Shown piece by piece: positions 63,362 to 63,900 of a DNA stretch of 63,900 nt; the stretch's first letter is position 1, and each line of letters begins with the position of its first letter. The notes beneath the pieces were generated by a model. It saw only the letters and a list, made by a program, of their open reading frames with translations. It had not been told where the DNA came from and searched no databases. Both the position numbers and the translations under genes were made by a program. Origin of the DNA: Setoptus koraiensis (Eukaryota; Animalia; Arthropoda); the NCBI GenBank assembly GCA_048013815.1, contig CM106586.1, forward strand, positions 1,984,001 through 2,047,900. The letters run 5' to 3'.

Positions 63362-63426
63362 ACTTCATACGTTACTGAGCTGTTATACACATTCAGTGTT
63401 TACTGGGTACAGTTCATATTCCAACA
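63362..63426 (+). mobile_element. Inverted LTR 3'-end (U5) fragment closing the copia insertion
   Basis: Ends in GTACAGTTCATATTCCAACA, identical to the last 20 nt of the 3' LTR but in the opposite orientation. It is followed by CACAC, which matches CACAC at 60987-60991. Confidence 0.85.
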
Positions 63427-63593
63427 CACACGAACACACAAACCAATGAGCAATTGAAGACAATGCCTCAAGCGGACCAATTAACGCTATCGGGGCAACT
63501 CTGGACAATTTGGCGATAAATGCGAGAAATCCGAACAAACAGTCGACGAAACTGATGATCAGATTGCTAACGCCGACACGATAAACAGAGCAA

Positions 63594-63899
63594 TCAGGCC
63601 AACGTACTCATATATACTTTAAATCCTATCTTACTTAGCATCATTGAGTGGGTCCTGGGTGTGAGGGCCATGGTTAAAATATCGGCTTTCTGGTCTTCTG
63701 ATTTGATATACTCTAGTCTGAATTCTCCTTTGTTAAATCTCTCTCTCACGTAGTGTACCTTGAGATCGATGTGCTTTGTTTTGCCGTGGAACTCAGGGTT
63801 TTTAATGAGCCGGAGAGCCGATTGGTTATCTATAAATAGTGTTGGTTGTCTGGTTTTTAAACCAAGTTCTCTAAACAGTGAGTTTAACCACGTAAGTTC
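63594..63899 (-). mobile_element. Second Ty1/copia element: RNase H C-terminus, running off the right edge
   Basis: Manual translation: ELTWLNSLFRELGLKTRQPTLFIDNQSALRLIKNPEFHGKTKHIDLKVHYVRE...DQKADILTMAL..., stop at 63596-63594. Confidence 0.92.
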
Positions 63900-63900
63900 A

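Noticed and set aside
63361-63390. GTG start and first ~10 codons of ORF 61216..63390 as the element's true N-terminus
   Set aside because: They are read from the inverted LTR fragment; gag, protease, integrase and the N-terminal RT are missing.

Overview
Eukaryotic (metazoan, probably arthropod; compact 85-210 nt introns and poly-N/Q/T coding tracts suggest a mite, by inference) genomic DNA in three zones. (1) 1-19080: one giant, left-truncated, apparently intronless reading frame (>=~6,350 aa, broken once by a -1 frameshift at ~5134). It consists of Tyr/Pro-motif repeats, an Asn/Gln linker and a fibroin-like Gly/Ala/Ser domain. (2) 19-52 kb: an Hlx/H2.0-type homeobox gene, an ~11 kb non-coding tract, a 1,924-aa low-complexity ORF, PEX14 and DHX37 (convergent, with CDSs overlapping by 38 nt once the DHX37 intron is resolved), a six-exon RIMS-binding protein gene and an hnRNP L gene beginning at RRM2. 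(3) 52.2-63.9 kb: a transposon nest. It holds two MITE/foldback elements and two Helentron-type (DINE-1-like) non-autonomous elements bracketing a dead LINE fragment and an unidentified GC-rich spliced gene. It also holds a Ty1/copia element whose RNase H runs in-frame into a class-I-fusion-like envelope. That element has two inverted U5 ends and a 5-bp TSD, and sits inside the 3' region of a second copia element.
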